Source of the DNA: Heterodontus francisci
Taxonomy: Eukaryota
Assembly (NCBI RefSeq): GCF_036365525.1
Contig: NC_090372.1
Coordinates: 91,935,754-91,999,753 of the forward strand
DNA: 64,000 bases
Direction of reading: 5' to 3'
The notes beneath the pieces are model-generated. The model saw only the letters and a program-made list of their open reading frames with translations, had not been told where the DNA came from and did no database searches. Position numbers and translations under genes: made by a program. Below are positions 1-11,111 of this stretch, one piece after another (positions within the stretch are counted from its first letter, which is position 1; each line of letters opens with the position of its first letter).

Positions 1-288
1 GCCTACTTTTAACGGGCTGCTTTTCTCGGGCCTGGGCCACCTGCTTGTCAACGGTAAACTCCACATGGCAGTGAGTGGAGGCCCTTAAGTGGCCGTTAAC
101 TGGCCTCTTAACAGCCTTAATTGGGCTGGGACGGACGGGCAGTTTACCGCTGCTGCCGTGCCATGTAAAATGGTGGCGGAGGCAGGAGTGGGTCGGGAAG
201 GGCCCCCCTGAGCCTCCCACTCCATTTTACACCGCCCGCCCTCCACCAGCCACCAGCCCACTCTTTGGGGGTGCGTAAAATTCCTGCC
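1..288. mobile_element. Right part of a non-autonomous PIF/Harbinger-type element (MITE)
   Basis: Ends in TAAAATTCCTGCC (276-288), a variant of the TAAAATTCAGCCC terminus of other MITEs here; shares the internal GGCCCTTAAGTGGCC/TTAATTGG motif with 20761-21449 and 31957-32690. Confidence 0.55.
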
Positions 289-692
289 ATCCTAATAGTA
301 GAAGTTCAATCAAGCAGTGGAAACAGGATAGCAACAGACGCTTCAGTTCTGTATGATATTGATCAGGCAGTTTGTAAAATAATTATTACAGATCTATCTG
401 GTGATTGAGTTAATTAACACAGCGACACTTCAGTTCTTGTGGTTGCAGGCTGACAAAGAAGACCTGGTTAAACAGTGTTATACAAAATATTGAGTATTAT
501 GTCTAAAGTAGTATGAAGATTTGTTTACCAGCATAGTTGTTAATGGGTCAACATTAGTCAAATGGTGACTGGTGCCATTTGTGATGTGTTTTACCAGCTG
601 GCAGCATTGACGATGTATGTTGAAAATTAATAATCGGTGTAGTTGGGCCCTGAGTCAATGGGCTAAATTTTCCTCTAACTGCCAGAAACATA

Positions 693-1378
693 GGTCTGAA
701 TTTTATGAGCCCTCTGGCGTCGGGGGCCATTGGGGGAAGTGGGGAGGGGGGCCGGGAAAATTATTCCAGGAGAGGCCTGCCACAACCTCCAATGCCAAGA
801 AGGCCCCACCGTATTTTACTGGCAGTGCGAGGCCTCGGTGTGACCCCCTGCCACAACCACTCAGCTTAATATGCAGATGAGATTACAATGAAAGAATAAT
901 TACCTACCTGGTAGCGATGGCCGTCCCACGCCGATAGTTTGGCCACCGGCCCGGACTCCCACGCCTTCGGAACTCCATGACACTAGTGGGGAGGGGGGAG
1001 CGAAGTTCAAATTTCAGGGTGAGATGGGGGGATAGGGGAGAACTCTTGTAATTGGTTGGAGGGATGGTGGGAAGGGGTTGAGGGTCAAAGGTGCTGAAGG
1101 TGGGGGGTGAAAGGTCAACTTAATTAAAAAGTGTTTTTCAGAGGGGCTAGGTCATTTTAAAAACGAGGCCGGCACCTGCACGATGGTGCCGTACGCCATT
1201 GCTGGGAATGGAGCAGCCGTCTCCTCTATATCACCGGGGCGGCCACTCCACCCCCTCCATTTAAATGAGCTCCAGGGTGAAATATCACGGGGGCTCAGCG
1301 ACAGCCCCTCTGCGCCTGAAGACCACCGACTTCAAAGCCCACCACTGCTGTTTGCAGCGCACTAATAAAATTCAGCCC
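693..1378. mobile_element. Harbinger-type MITE
   Basis: 14-bp TIR GGTCTGAATTTTAT (693-706) / ATAAAATTCAGCCC (1365-1378), 1 mismatch; same terminus as the transposase-bearing element at 55415-57673; no clean TSD. Confidence 0.7.
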
Positions 1379-1639
1379 AATGGTGGGTGACAATGCTGGA
1401 ACAACAATGCATTTTTCCAGGACACAGCTTTATTTGATATGCAGGTTGGATTTTAACCTGAATTCCTACCTGCACCAAATTTCCAGGTTAGCATTCGTTC
1501 CTTGTCATTTCCACTCTGTGCTCCCACTCTGCATGGTCGCAAAACCTGTCGGCTTTTATACCTCTCTTGAAACTAACTTAAAGGGAACAGATGTCTCTGT
1601 TGAAGGGGCATCAGTAATAAACAGTAACAAGAAAAACTA

Positions 1640-2294
1640 TTGAAAAAACTTAAGTAAATCAAACTACAAATTAAAATGCCATTGCTGGTGGTGATAATGC
1701 ACTCCAGTCCCACCAGTGTCGGAGAGCTCAAGCATTCTAGCAGACACCACATGCTCCCTCTCCAGGTACGGACATAGGCCCGGATGAGAAGCAGACAGTC
1801 TGGCCGGATGACCCCCTCGACTGCTCACAGCCTTGATGTTGATGGTCACCTTGGCCAGGCCCAGGAGCAGTCCCATGAGGAGGTCCCTCGACCGCCTGCT
1901 CCCCTCCGCTTTGGGTGACCAAAAATCAGGAGCATGGGACTAAATTGCAACCAGAACCAGAGGAGCAGCCCCCTCAGATATTAGAACAAGGGCTGCAACC
2001 TCATACTTTCCAAATAAATGTGAAACACGGAATCCTCCAGGCCACAGACATTACAGACAGCCTGGGAGTTTGTGAATTGACTTAATAATCTTTTGCACAG
2101 GACAGCCGTATGCAAAACCCTCCATGTCAAATCCTGGATTTACAAAGGAGGACTCCTTCATGGAGTGCCTCCCACTGGGGGCCTCGCCTCCTCTGGACAG
2201 GAGGTACAGAATGTCATAGCGTGCCGGATGGCCGGCGAGGGCGAGGAGGTGGAGGGTGTACAACAGCAGTCCATACAGGAAACCCCTCCATGAG
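1640..2294 (-). mobile_element. Tx1 (L1-clade) LINE, ORF2 3' end, degraded
   Basis: Minus-strand frames give RGFLYGLLLYTLHLLAL, DLTWRVLHTAVLCKRLLSQFTNSQAVCNVCGLEDSVFHIY (zf-RVT-like CxxC..H), FWLQFSPMLLIFGHP, GLLLGLAKVTIN, LEREHVVS: a typical Tx1 ORF2 C-terminus. Confidence 0.8.
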
Positions 2295-2295
2295 G

Positions 2296-2386
2296 TAGGC
2301 GGTGGCGTAGTGGTATTATCACTGGACTAGTAACCCAGAGACCCAGGGTATTCCTCTGGGGACATGGATTCGAATCCCACCACCGC
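2296..2386 (+). promoter_or_regulatory. tRNA-Thr(AGT)-like head with internal Pol III A and B boxes
   Basis: A box TGGCGTAGTGG (2303-2313); anticodon-like loop CTAGTAA within CTGG..CCAG; extra hairpin CCCAGAG/CTCTGGG (2334-2360); B box GGATTCGAATCCC (2366-2378, 1 mismatch to GGTTCGAATCC); GCGGTGG (2299-2305) complementary to CCACCGC (2380-2386). Confidence 0.8.
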
Positions 2387-2614
2387 AGAAGGTGGAATTT
2401 GAACTTAATAAAAATCTGGAATTAAAACTGGTCTAATGATGGCCATGAAACCATTTTCGATTGTTGTAAAAACCCATCTGGTTCACTAACGTCCTTTAGG
2501 GAAGGAAATCTGCTGTCCTTACCTGGTCTGGCCTACATGTGACTCCAGACCCACAGCAATGTGGTTAACTCTTACATGCCCTCTGAAATGGCTTAGCAAG
2601 CCACTCAGTTGTAA

Positions 2615-5516
2615 CTAACCGCTACAAAGTCTATAAAAAGGAATGAAACCAGACGGACCACCCGGCATCGACCTAGGCACCGGAAACGACAATGGCAAAC
2701 CCAGCCCTGTCGACCCTGCAAAGTCCTCCTTACTAATATCTGGGGGCTTGTGCCAAAGTTGGGAGAGCTGTCCCACAGACTAGTCAAGCAACAGCCTGAC
2801 ATAGTCGGACTCACGGAATCATACCTAACAGACAATGTCCCAGATACTGCCATCACCATCCCCGGGTACGTCCTGTCCCACCGGCAGGACAGACCCAGCA
2901 GAGGTGGTGGCACAGTGGTAAACAGTAGGGAGGGAGTTGCCCTGGGAGTCCTCAACATCGACTCCGAACCTCATGAAGTCTCATGGCATCAGGTCAAATA
3001 TGGGCAAGGTAACCTCCGACTGATTACCACCTACCGCCCTCCCTCAGCTGATGACTCAGTACTCCTCCATGTTGAACAGCACTTGGAGGAAGCACTGAGG
3101 GTGGCAAGGGCACAAAATGTACTCTGGGTGGGGGACTTCAATGTCCATCACCATGAGTGGCTCGGTAGCACCACTACTGACTGAGCTGGCCGAGTCCTAA
3201 AGGACATGGCTGCTAGACTGGGTCTGCGGCAGGTGGTGGGGGAACCAACACGAGGGAACAACATACTCGACCTCGTCCTCACCAATCTGCCTGCCGCAGA
3301 TGCATCTGTCCATGACAGTATTGGTAGGAGTGACCACCGCACAGTCCTTGTGGAGATGAAGTCCCGCCTTCACATTGCGGATACCATCCGTCGTGTTGTG
3401 TGGCACTATCACCGTGCTGAATGGGATAGATTTCGAACGGATCTAGCAATGCAAAACTGGGCATCCATGAGGCGCTGTGGGCCATCAGCAGCAGCAGAAT
3501 TGTACTCAACCACAATCTGTAACCTCATGGCCCGGCATATCCCCCACTCTACCATTACCATCAAGCCAGGAGACCAACCCTGGTTCAATGAAGAGTGCAG
3601 GAGGGCATGCCAGGAGCAGCACCAGGCATACCTCAAAATGAGGTGTCAACCTGGTGAAGCTACAACCCAGGACTACTTGCATGCCAAACTGCATAAGCAG
3701 CATGCTATAGACAGAGCTAAGCGATCCCATAACCAACGGATCAGATCTAAGCTCTGCAGTCCTGCCACATCCAGCCATGAATGGTGGTGGACAATTAAAC
3801 AACTAACTGGAGGAGGTGGCTCCACAAATATCCCCATCCTCAATGATGGGGGAGCCCAGCACATCAGTGCAAAAGATAAGGCTGAAGCATTTGCAACAAT
3901 CTTCAGCCAGAAGTGCCGAGTTGATGATCCATCTCGGCCTCCTCCTGAAGTCCCCAGCATCACAGATGCCAAACTTCAGCCAATTCGATTCACTCCATGT
4001 GATATCAAGAAACGACTGAAGGCTCTGGATACTGCAAAAGCTATGGGGCCTGACAACATTCCGGCAATAGTACTGAAGACCTGTGCTCCAGAACTTGCTG
4101 CGCCCATAGCCAAGCTGTTCCAGTACAGCTACAACACTGGCATCTACCCGGCAATGTGGAAAATTGCCCAGGTATGTCCTGTACACAAAAAGCAGGACAA
4201 ATCGAACCCGGCCAACTACTGCCCCATTAGCCTACTCTCAATTATCAGTAAAGTGATGGAAGGTGTCATCAACAGTGCCATCAAGCGGCACTTGCTTAGC
4301 AACAACCTGCTCAGTGATGCTCAGTTTGGGTCCGCCAGGGCCACTCAGTTCCTGACCTCATTACAGCCTTGGTTCAAACATGGACAAAAGAGCTGAACTC
4401 AAGAGGTGAGGTGAGAGTGACTGCCCTTGACATCAAGGCAGCATTTGACCGAATATGGCATCAAGGAGCCCTAGCAAAACTGAGGTCAATGGGAATCAGG
4501 GGGGAAACCCTCCACTGGCTAGAGTCATACCTGGCGCAAAGGAAGATGGTTGTGGTTGTTGGAGGTCAATCATCTGAGCTCCAGGACATCGCTGCAGGAG
4601 TTCCTCAGGGTAGAGTCCTAGGCCCAACCATCTTCAGCTGCTTCATCAATGACCTTCCTTCAATCATAAGGTCAGAAGCCGGGATGTTCGCTGATGATTG
4701 CACAATGTTCAGCACCATTCGTGACTCCTCAGATACTGAAGCAGTCTGTGTAGAAATGCAGCAAGACCTGGACAATATCCAGGCTTGGGCTGATAAGTGG
4801 CAAGTAACATTCGCGCCACACAAGTGCCAGGCAATGACCATCTCCAACAAGAGAGAATCTAACCATCTCCCCTTGACATTCAACGGCATTACCATCGCTG
4901 AATCCCCCACTATCAACATCCTAGGGGCTACCATTGACCAGAAACTGAACTAGAGTAGTCATATAAATACCGTGGCTACAACAGCAGGTCAGAGGCTAGG
5001 AATCCTGAGGCGTGTAACTCACCTCCTGACTCCCCAAAGCCTGTCCACAATCTACAAGGCACAAGTCAGGAGTGTGATGGAATACTCTCCACTTTGATGG
5101 GTGCAGCTCCAACAACACTCAAGAAGCTCGACACCATCCAGGACAAAGCAGCCCACTTGATTGGCACCCCATCTATAAACATTCACTCCCTCCACCACCG
5201 ACGTACAGTGGCAGCAGTGTGTACCATCCACAAGATGCACCGCAGTAATGCACCAAGGCTCCTTAGACAGCACCTTCCAAACCCGCGACCTCTACCAACT
5301 AGAAGGACAAGGGCAGCAAGTACATGGGAACACCACCACCTGCAAGTTCCCCTCCAAGTCACACACCATCCTGACTTGGAACTATATCGCCGTTCCTTCA
5401 CTGTCGCTGGGTCAAAATCCTGGAACTCCCTTCCTAACAGCACTGTGGGCTTACCTACCCCACATGGACAACGGTTCAAGAAGGCAGCTCCCCACCACCT
5501 TCTCAAGGGCAATTAG
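2615..5516 (+). pseudogene. LINE endonuclease-reverse transcriptase ORF, few disruptions
   Basis: APE motifs VLLTNIWGL, DIVGLTESYL, TTYRPPS, VGDFNVHH, ILDLVLTN, SDHRTV; RT motifs ALDIKAAFDRIWH, GVPQGRVLGP, FADD. Disruptions: TGA at 3182, frameshift near 4331, TAG at 4951, small deletion near 5093. Confidence 0.9.
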
Positions 5517-5579
5517 GGATTGGCAATAAATGCTGGCCTGGCCAGCGACGCCCACATCCCGTGAATTAATTTAAAAAAA

Positions 5580-5632
5580 GAGTGGAATGGCACAGAGGGG
5601 ATTTCCAAGAGAAGGCTCAGGTGGCCCTGTCT
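5580..5632 (-). mobile_element. Continuation of the Tx1 fragment beyond the LINE insertion
   Basis: Minus strand HLSLLLEIPSVPFHS joins in frame to WRGFLYGLLL left of 2294. Confidence 0.7.
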
Positions 5633-6029
5633 TCTTTTACAGAGGCTGGTGACTCATACCCAAGTTGTAACTGCTAAGTCAGCTTCCTGCTACAGTAATT
5701 AACATCTATTCAGGCAACCACTTTCAATTGAGTAACAGATACCAGCCACTGCCAGGCAGTTTCTGTTAAACTAAGCTTTTTACAAGCTTGCAGTTTTAAA
5801 GTTCTAAGTCAGAGTCTGACTGCTAATCTAAATTATAGCTTGAGAAAAACTTACCAGAGATATCCCACCTGCACCAAATTCCCAAGTTAGCACTCATTCC
5901 CCATTGCACTCAGTCCTTGTTGTCTCCACTCTGAATGGCCTACTCCTACTCCTATTTCCTATGTTCCTATGTTCTCACTTTGAAGCACCAAGGTCTCAAA
6001 CGGCAGAAGGAGGAGCAGTATCTTGGTCA

Positions 6030-6255
6030 TCAGTTGTGGCAACAGTCCACAAATTTTTGGACATTTCTATGGGTGTTCTGTTGGCAGAGATAAAAACAAG
6101 GAGAGCTTACATCTTTGGCACCCAAGAGAGGAAGCTCTAGAAGAGGGTAATGCAAGCAGCATGGAGGAATGTGGTTGAGGCAGTCAGTGCCACATCAAAC
6201 ACCTGATCAATGACAGCACAGTGCCAAAAACAACTGAATGACCTCAAAAGTTTTG
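6030..6255 (+). pseudogene. Myb/SANT-like DNA-binding domain relic (Harbinger accessory ORF)
   Basis: HKFLDISMGVLLAEIKTRRAYIFG...AAWRNVVEAVSA...AQCQKQLNDLK with in-frame stops, matching the F..L..V..R..LF..W..VA..QCRK..NDL trihelix pattern. Confidence 0.6.
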
Positions 6256-6289
6256 CTGAAGGAGACTTGGTTTAAACATAGGCAGGAAT

Positions 6290-7303
6290 GGGAACTAAAC
6301 ATTCCTGGCTACATTGTATGAGGGATGGATAAGGGAAAAAGAAAGGGGGATCAAGAATAATATTACAATTCTATAGAGGGGTTATTACTAAATGGCTCAA
6401 AGACTGAATCTATTTTGTTAGAATAAAGGAACACAATAGGAGCGGTTACATTGCTAGGTGTTTATCATAGATCCCCAATAGTGAGAAGGAGATTGAGGGA
6501 GCAAATCAGTAGGCAAATTTCAGAGAAATGTAAAAATAATAGAGCACTAATAGAAGGGCACTTCAATTACCCTAACATAAACTGGGGGAAAGAAGAGTAA
6601 AGGGCAAGGAGGGTGAAGAATTCTTAAAATGGGTACAACAGAACTTCTTTGCCAATTTGTTTCTAGCCCAAAAAGGATTGAAGTAGTGCTGGATCTAGTT
6701 CTGGGGAATGAAGAAGGGCAAGTGGTACATTTCAGTGGGAGGAAATCTGGGTAATAGTGATCATAATATAATTAGGTTTAAAGTAGTTATGGAAAGGGAT
6801 AAAGAAAATAAACGGTGAAAATACCCAAAAGGATTTGGGTATCCAATTTCAGTGATTTGAGAAGGGATCTTGCACAGTGGACTGGAAAATGGTTGGCCAG
6901 GAAAACAGTAAATGAATAATGGCAGACTTTCAAAATGGAGATAGTTTGGGTACAAACCAAGCATATTTCCATAAGGAGGAAAGATGAGACATCCAATGCT
7001 CGAGCTCCGTAGATGACAAAGGAAATAGAGGTTAAAATAAAACAAAAAAAGTTTATGACAAATGTTAGGTGCAGAATACATTCAAAAACCAGGCAGAATA
7101 CAAAGAGTGCAGGGAGAATTTGAAAAAGAATAAGAAGGGAAAAAAATGTGAGAAAAGATTAGTAGAAACATAAAAATCTTTTATAAGCATACAGCAAATC
7201 ATGTCTGACTAACCCAATTGAGTGATTTCATGAAGTAACAGAGAGGGTTGATGAAGGTAGTGCAGTTGATGTATAGATGGAACTTTAAAAGGCAATTTCA
7301 TAA
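6290..7303 (+). mobile_element. Degraded CR1 LINE ORF2, segment 1 (host of the LTR and Penelope insertions)
   Basis: Degenerate endonuclease motifs (GHFNYPNINW, VLDLVLGNEEG, SDHNIIRF); ends at TTTCATAA and resumes at 11845 giving FHNVPH (consensus FDKVPH). Confidence 0.8.
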
Positions 7304-8139
7304 TGTCATGCAGGCCCCCACCTGCCAAGTATGACGCACACATTATTTTGCCACATGAACATTAAAACTTAAAATTGCTGCTGGGAAGAAAAGAAGGCCT
7401 ATCACAATGAATTGCCAGGCCCCTCACCAGAAAGATATTTTTTGCATACTAGCAGACAGTGTTGGAACAAAGGACCCAGTCCCTGCTTCCCCAATACACA
7501 GGACTGGTCAGAGCAGTTTAGTCACATGACTAACTGGCAGTTGGAATTTTTTGAATTTGAACTTGCCAAAGAGTTTTAAAACTGAGAAAGCTGATTGCTC
7601 CTGGACTGAAAACACCTCACGCCTGTCTGCTCCCATCTCTTTCTCACGGAACTGAAGACCCATTGAAGACACATGAACCCCAAGAGAGAAAAGTCTCCCA
7701 CAGTGAACAAGGTTTAAGAAGAATACTGGGCCCCAATGAAAAGCAAGATTAGCTACAAGCAAGGGCTACAGTAAGCTTGAAGCACAGTAACAAGAAACTC
7801 TTCAAATATTGCCTCAAACCTCTCTATTTTATTTTTCTTCTGCTCTTTTCTGTCTCTATTTGTACGTGCATATCGCGTATGCATGCTAGCGTGGGGCGCA
7901 GCATGTATCCGTAAGCATTGGCCGAACTAGAGATTAAGTTTAAGTTCAATAAAATTTCACATTTCTTCTTTAAACCTAAGAAAGCCTGTTTATGCTCATT
8001 TATTTGCCTTATATTTGAAAATGGTGAACAAGGATTCACCAAAGGGGGAGCTCAAAACACAATGTGTTTAAAATTAAACCCTGTTACAATAAGACCAGGT
8101 GAAGGTAGTAAAAGACCCCCAGACACCTTTCTCACCTGG
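7304..8139 (+). repeat. 5' LTR
   Basis: Starts TGTCATG; 7419-8139 matches 11112-11836; lacks the last ~8 nt present in the 3' LTR; followed by TGGGTACTAGCATCCG, a possible degenerate tRNA-Pro PBS. Confidence 0.85.
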
Positions 8140-8287
8140 AATTTTGGGTACTAGCATCCGTAATTGTACCCACAGATAAACAAGAGAAATTGGAAGTGGG
8201 AAGCCAAATTGTTCCCAATCAAAAAACAAAAAAAAAGAACAAGATTAATGCAGGTTTTCTTGTGGTTATGTGTGATTGAAAACTAAC

Positions 8288-10365
8288 ATGTCTGCAACTG
8301 AAGCGAGTAGCTCTCCAAGCCGGGGTGAAGTAACTTGGGATAAGTTAAAAGCACTGTCTATGAAGGATTTGAGGAAAATGGCTGAGCAGTGAGGGATCAT
8401 TATACGTGGCAAGGCTAGGAAGTCTGAAATATTAAGGCAAGTGGCCAACAACTTTCCCCTTGAATCTGAAGAAACCAAAACGGGGTTAGAAGCAGAATCT
8501 GACAGGGTATTGCTAGCAAAGATACAATTGAAACAGAGGAAACCTGAATTTGAGGAAAGAGAGAGGGACAAAGAGAGAGGCTTCCAGAAGGTACGTGAAG
8601 AAAAAGAAAGACAGGACAAGGAATGAGAGAGAGAGGAGAGAGAGAAAGAATATTCCAGAAAGAATCCAGAGAGAGAGAGCTGAAATGGCTTGAGTTAACT
8701 AGGAGGTGACAAAGTAAGCCCAGTGAAAGCATGGCCATTTTGGAGGAGCATAACTCAGGGCTGGGTACAAAATTGCTAAAAATCGCTCAATTAATTCCAA
8801 AATTCAATGAGGAAGATGTGGAAGCGTTTTTTGTGTTTTTTGAGAAATTGGCAAGGCCACTAAAATGGCCAGCTGAGACCTGGTCTCTTTTAATACAAAG
8901 CAAACTAACTGGAACAGCCCATGAGGTTTATTCCTTGTTTCCAGACGAGAGTTCATCAAATTATGAACTGACCAAAAATGCTATCCTCGGGGCATATGAA
9001 TTAGTACCCGAAGCCTACTGCCTCAAAAAGCAAGCTAATCAAACTTATCTGGAGTTTTAAAGAAGCAAGCAGTTGGTTTTTGACCAGTGGCTGAGGGCTC
9101 ATAGAATACAGCTCAGCTATGAGACTCTCAGAGAAGTAATGCTGTTAGAGGAATTTAAAGGCAGTCCTGGGATAGAAAGGAAAGCAGGAGACACAGGGGG
9201 CCCTCCTCCAGCCAAAAAGGAAGATGCTATGAGCAAGAGTGATTCCTGGAGACCTGTGTGCCTCCATCGTAATAAAGCAGGGCATTTAAAAGCTGGCTGC
9301 TGGAAACTAAAGGGAAAACCGGTGGGGTTAATCTGGACACACCCGCTCAGTGAAGACACAGAACAAGGTGCGGCCTTAACTGCAGTAAGAGTGAGACCCA
9401 GAAAGCTTATTACAGCCAGTGCAGGAAAAGTTAATAGGATTCCTGAAGGTTATCAGGGTTTTTTGTCTGAAGGGAAAGTAACCCCATACCCCTCAAGTGG
9501 TGCAAGCAAGCCCATAGTGATTCTCAGGGACACAGGGGCCACCAGATCCCTTTTACTGGGAACGGTCTGACCTTTCCCACAAAGAGTGCAGTAAACACCA
9601 GAATGATAGTGAATGGTATTGGAGGGCAGTGTATGCCTGTACCAGTACACTGTGTGTATCTGGAGTGCGACCTAGTTTCTGGATTGGTGACCATAGGGAT
9701 TGTCCCTAGTTTGCCTGTGGACGGGTTGACCTGCTCCTAGGTAATGATCTGGCAGGGGTGAAGGTGGTAACCCCCCCCCCAGTAGTGAAAGAAAGACCAC
9801 AGGAGATCAGAGAGACAGGGCGGTGGCAGAAGACGGACCCCTGCACTTTCCATTAATGTGTAGTGGATCAGGCCATCAAACTAGCTCCCCCAGAGGAGAC
9901 TGCATTGGCATTGCAGGCAAATGACCATGAGGTCTACCTGCCTGAGACTTTCTTCGGAAAGTTAGGAGACCCAGGGAATGAATCAAATGGATTTTCCCTA
10001 GCTGAAGCTCAGCGAGCTGACCCAGTATTGTGAGAGTTAGCACAGGCTGCCCAGTCTGACAGTGAAGCAGAGGGAGTCCCTGGTTGCTACTATTTAAAGA
10101 AGGAGGTACTGATGAGGAAATGGAGTTCTCCACACAGCCCTGAGAGCAAGAAGTGGACATTAGTTCACCAGTTAGTGGTGCCACAGAGGTACTGGACAGA
10201 AATATTAAGAAGTGCCCATGAGACTACAGTGGCTGTACATGTCAGTATAGAAAGGACCAAAGCCCACATAAGACAGCGGTTTGATTGACCAAAGCTCCAC
10301 AAAGATGTGGTGGAGTACTGCAGGAGTTGCCACGTGTGCCTGGTTGAGGGAAACCCCAACCTACA
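8288..10365 (+). pseudogene. Gag (SCAN-like capsid, CCHC knuckle), protease and integrase HHCC domain, disrupted
   Basis: LIPKFNEEDVEAFFVFFEKLA..KWPAETWSLLIQSKLTG..NYELTKNAILGAYELVPEAY; CLHRNKAGHLKAGC; ILRDTGATRSLL; then HETTVAVH...VVEYCRSCHVC near 10215-10340, i.e. integrase directly after protease. Confidence 0.85.
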
Positions 10366-11111
10366 GTGAAACCTGCACCCCTAAGTCCTGTGTTAGGAGG
10401 ACCCTCCAACAGAGGGCTGGTGAATTATAAGGGTTACCCGCTGAGAACAAAAGGGGACAGGCAGGCACAAGGCTGGCAAAAGTTTAGAAAGAGAAGGGGA
10501 AAAAGTGATCAAGAGGGCAGGTTAAAGGAAGTCCAGGAGGAAGCCTGGATGAAAACCCCTACTGTCTGGTCAGCCAACTTCGAACAATGTGAACCATTAG
10601 ACCGCACATCCTCCTACTTTAATGCAGACACTAGAAGCACCCCACCAGAGTTGCTAACAGCATTTACAGGAACCTGCAGAGACAAAGAGAGATCTCTAGG
10701 AGGCACAGAAACCATGAGGGTGATGTCTCACTTAGACAAAGTGCCACAGGAGAGTGCTGCCAAGTCTGCACAAATACCTACACGCAGGGATGTCCCAGAG
10801 AGCAAAGGAGAGATGAAATGGAATCCTCCCCCACAGTCAGAGAAAAAGGGAACCACCCATCCCCTGAAGTCAAAAGCCTTTGCATCTCAAAGACCCTAAG
10901 CAGTCATGGAAATGGGCAAACTGAAGAAAAACTTTCTCAAAGAAACACAGGTTTATTGGGATGCCAAAAATGGGGAAATTAAAGCTGCACTGGCACCCAG
11001 AAAAGACAATTTTAGTAAGTTCCAAGATTGATGAATGAATGGAAATGAATGAGAGAAATGCATGTTTTTTCTTTCTGTATCCTATATTTCTCTCAAACCT
11101 TGTAATGAAAT

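Larger units (their letters stand above)
2295..5579 (+). mobile_element. APE-RT LINE (CR1/L2/Jockey group, distinct from vertebrate CR1) with a tRNA-derived 5' head and a single ORF
   Basis: Splits the Tx1 fragment; flanked by a GAG duplication (2292-2294 / 5580-5582) and the Tx1 frame rejoins across it (..VPFHS|WRGFLY..). 5' end is a tRNA-like head; 3' end CAAGGGCAATTAGGGAT...GACGCCCACATCCC plus A-rich tail. Confidence 0.9.

Noticed and set aside
2093-2293. Plus-strand ORF ending just before the tRNA head as a possible LINE ORF1
   Set aside because: It is the antisense of a Tx1 fragment that continues on the other side of the insertion, so it is target DNA.
2296-2386. Functional tRNA-Thr gene
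   Set aside because: Imperfect cloverleaf with an extra hairpin, and it is the 5' end of a TSD-bounded retroelement.
1465-5935. Shared motif CCTGCACCAAATT.CCA.GTTAGCA at ~1465 and ~5865 as LTRs or a long TSD
   Set aside because: Short and diverged, without TG..CA ends or TSD; more likely two fragments of an old repeat.
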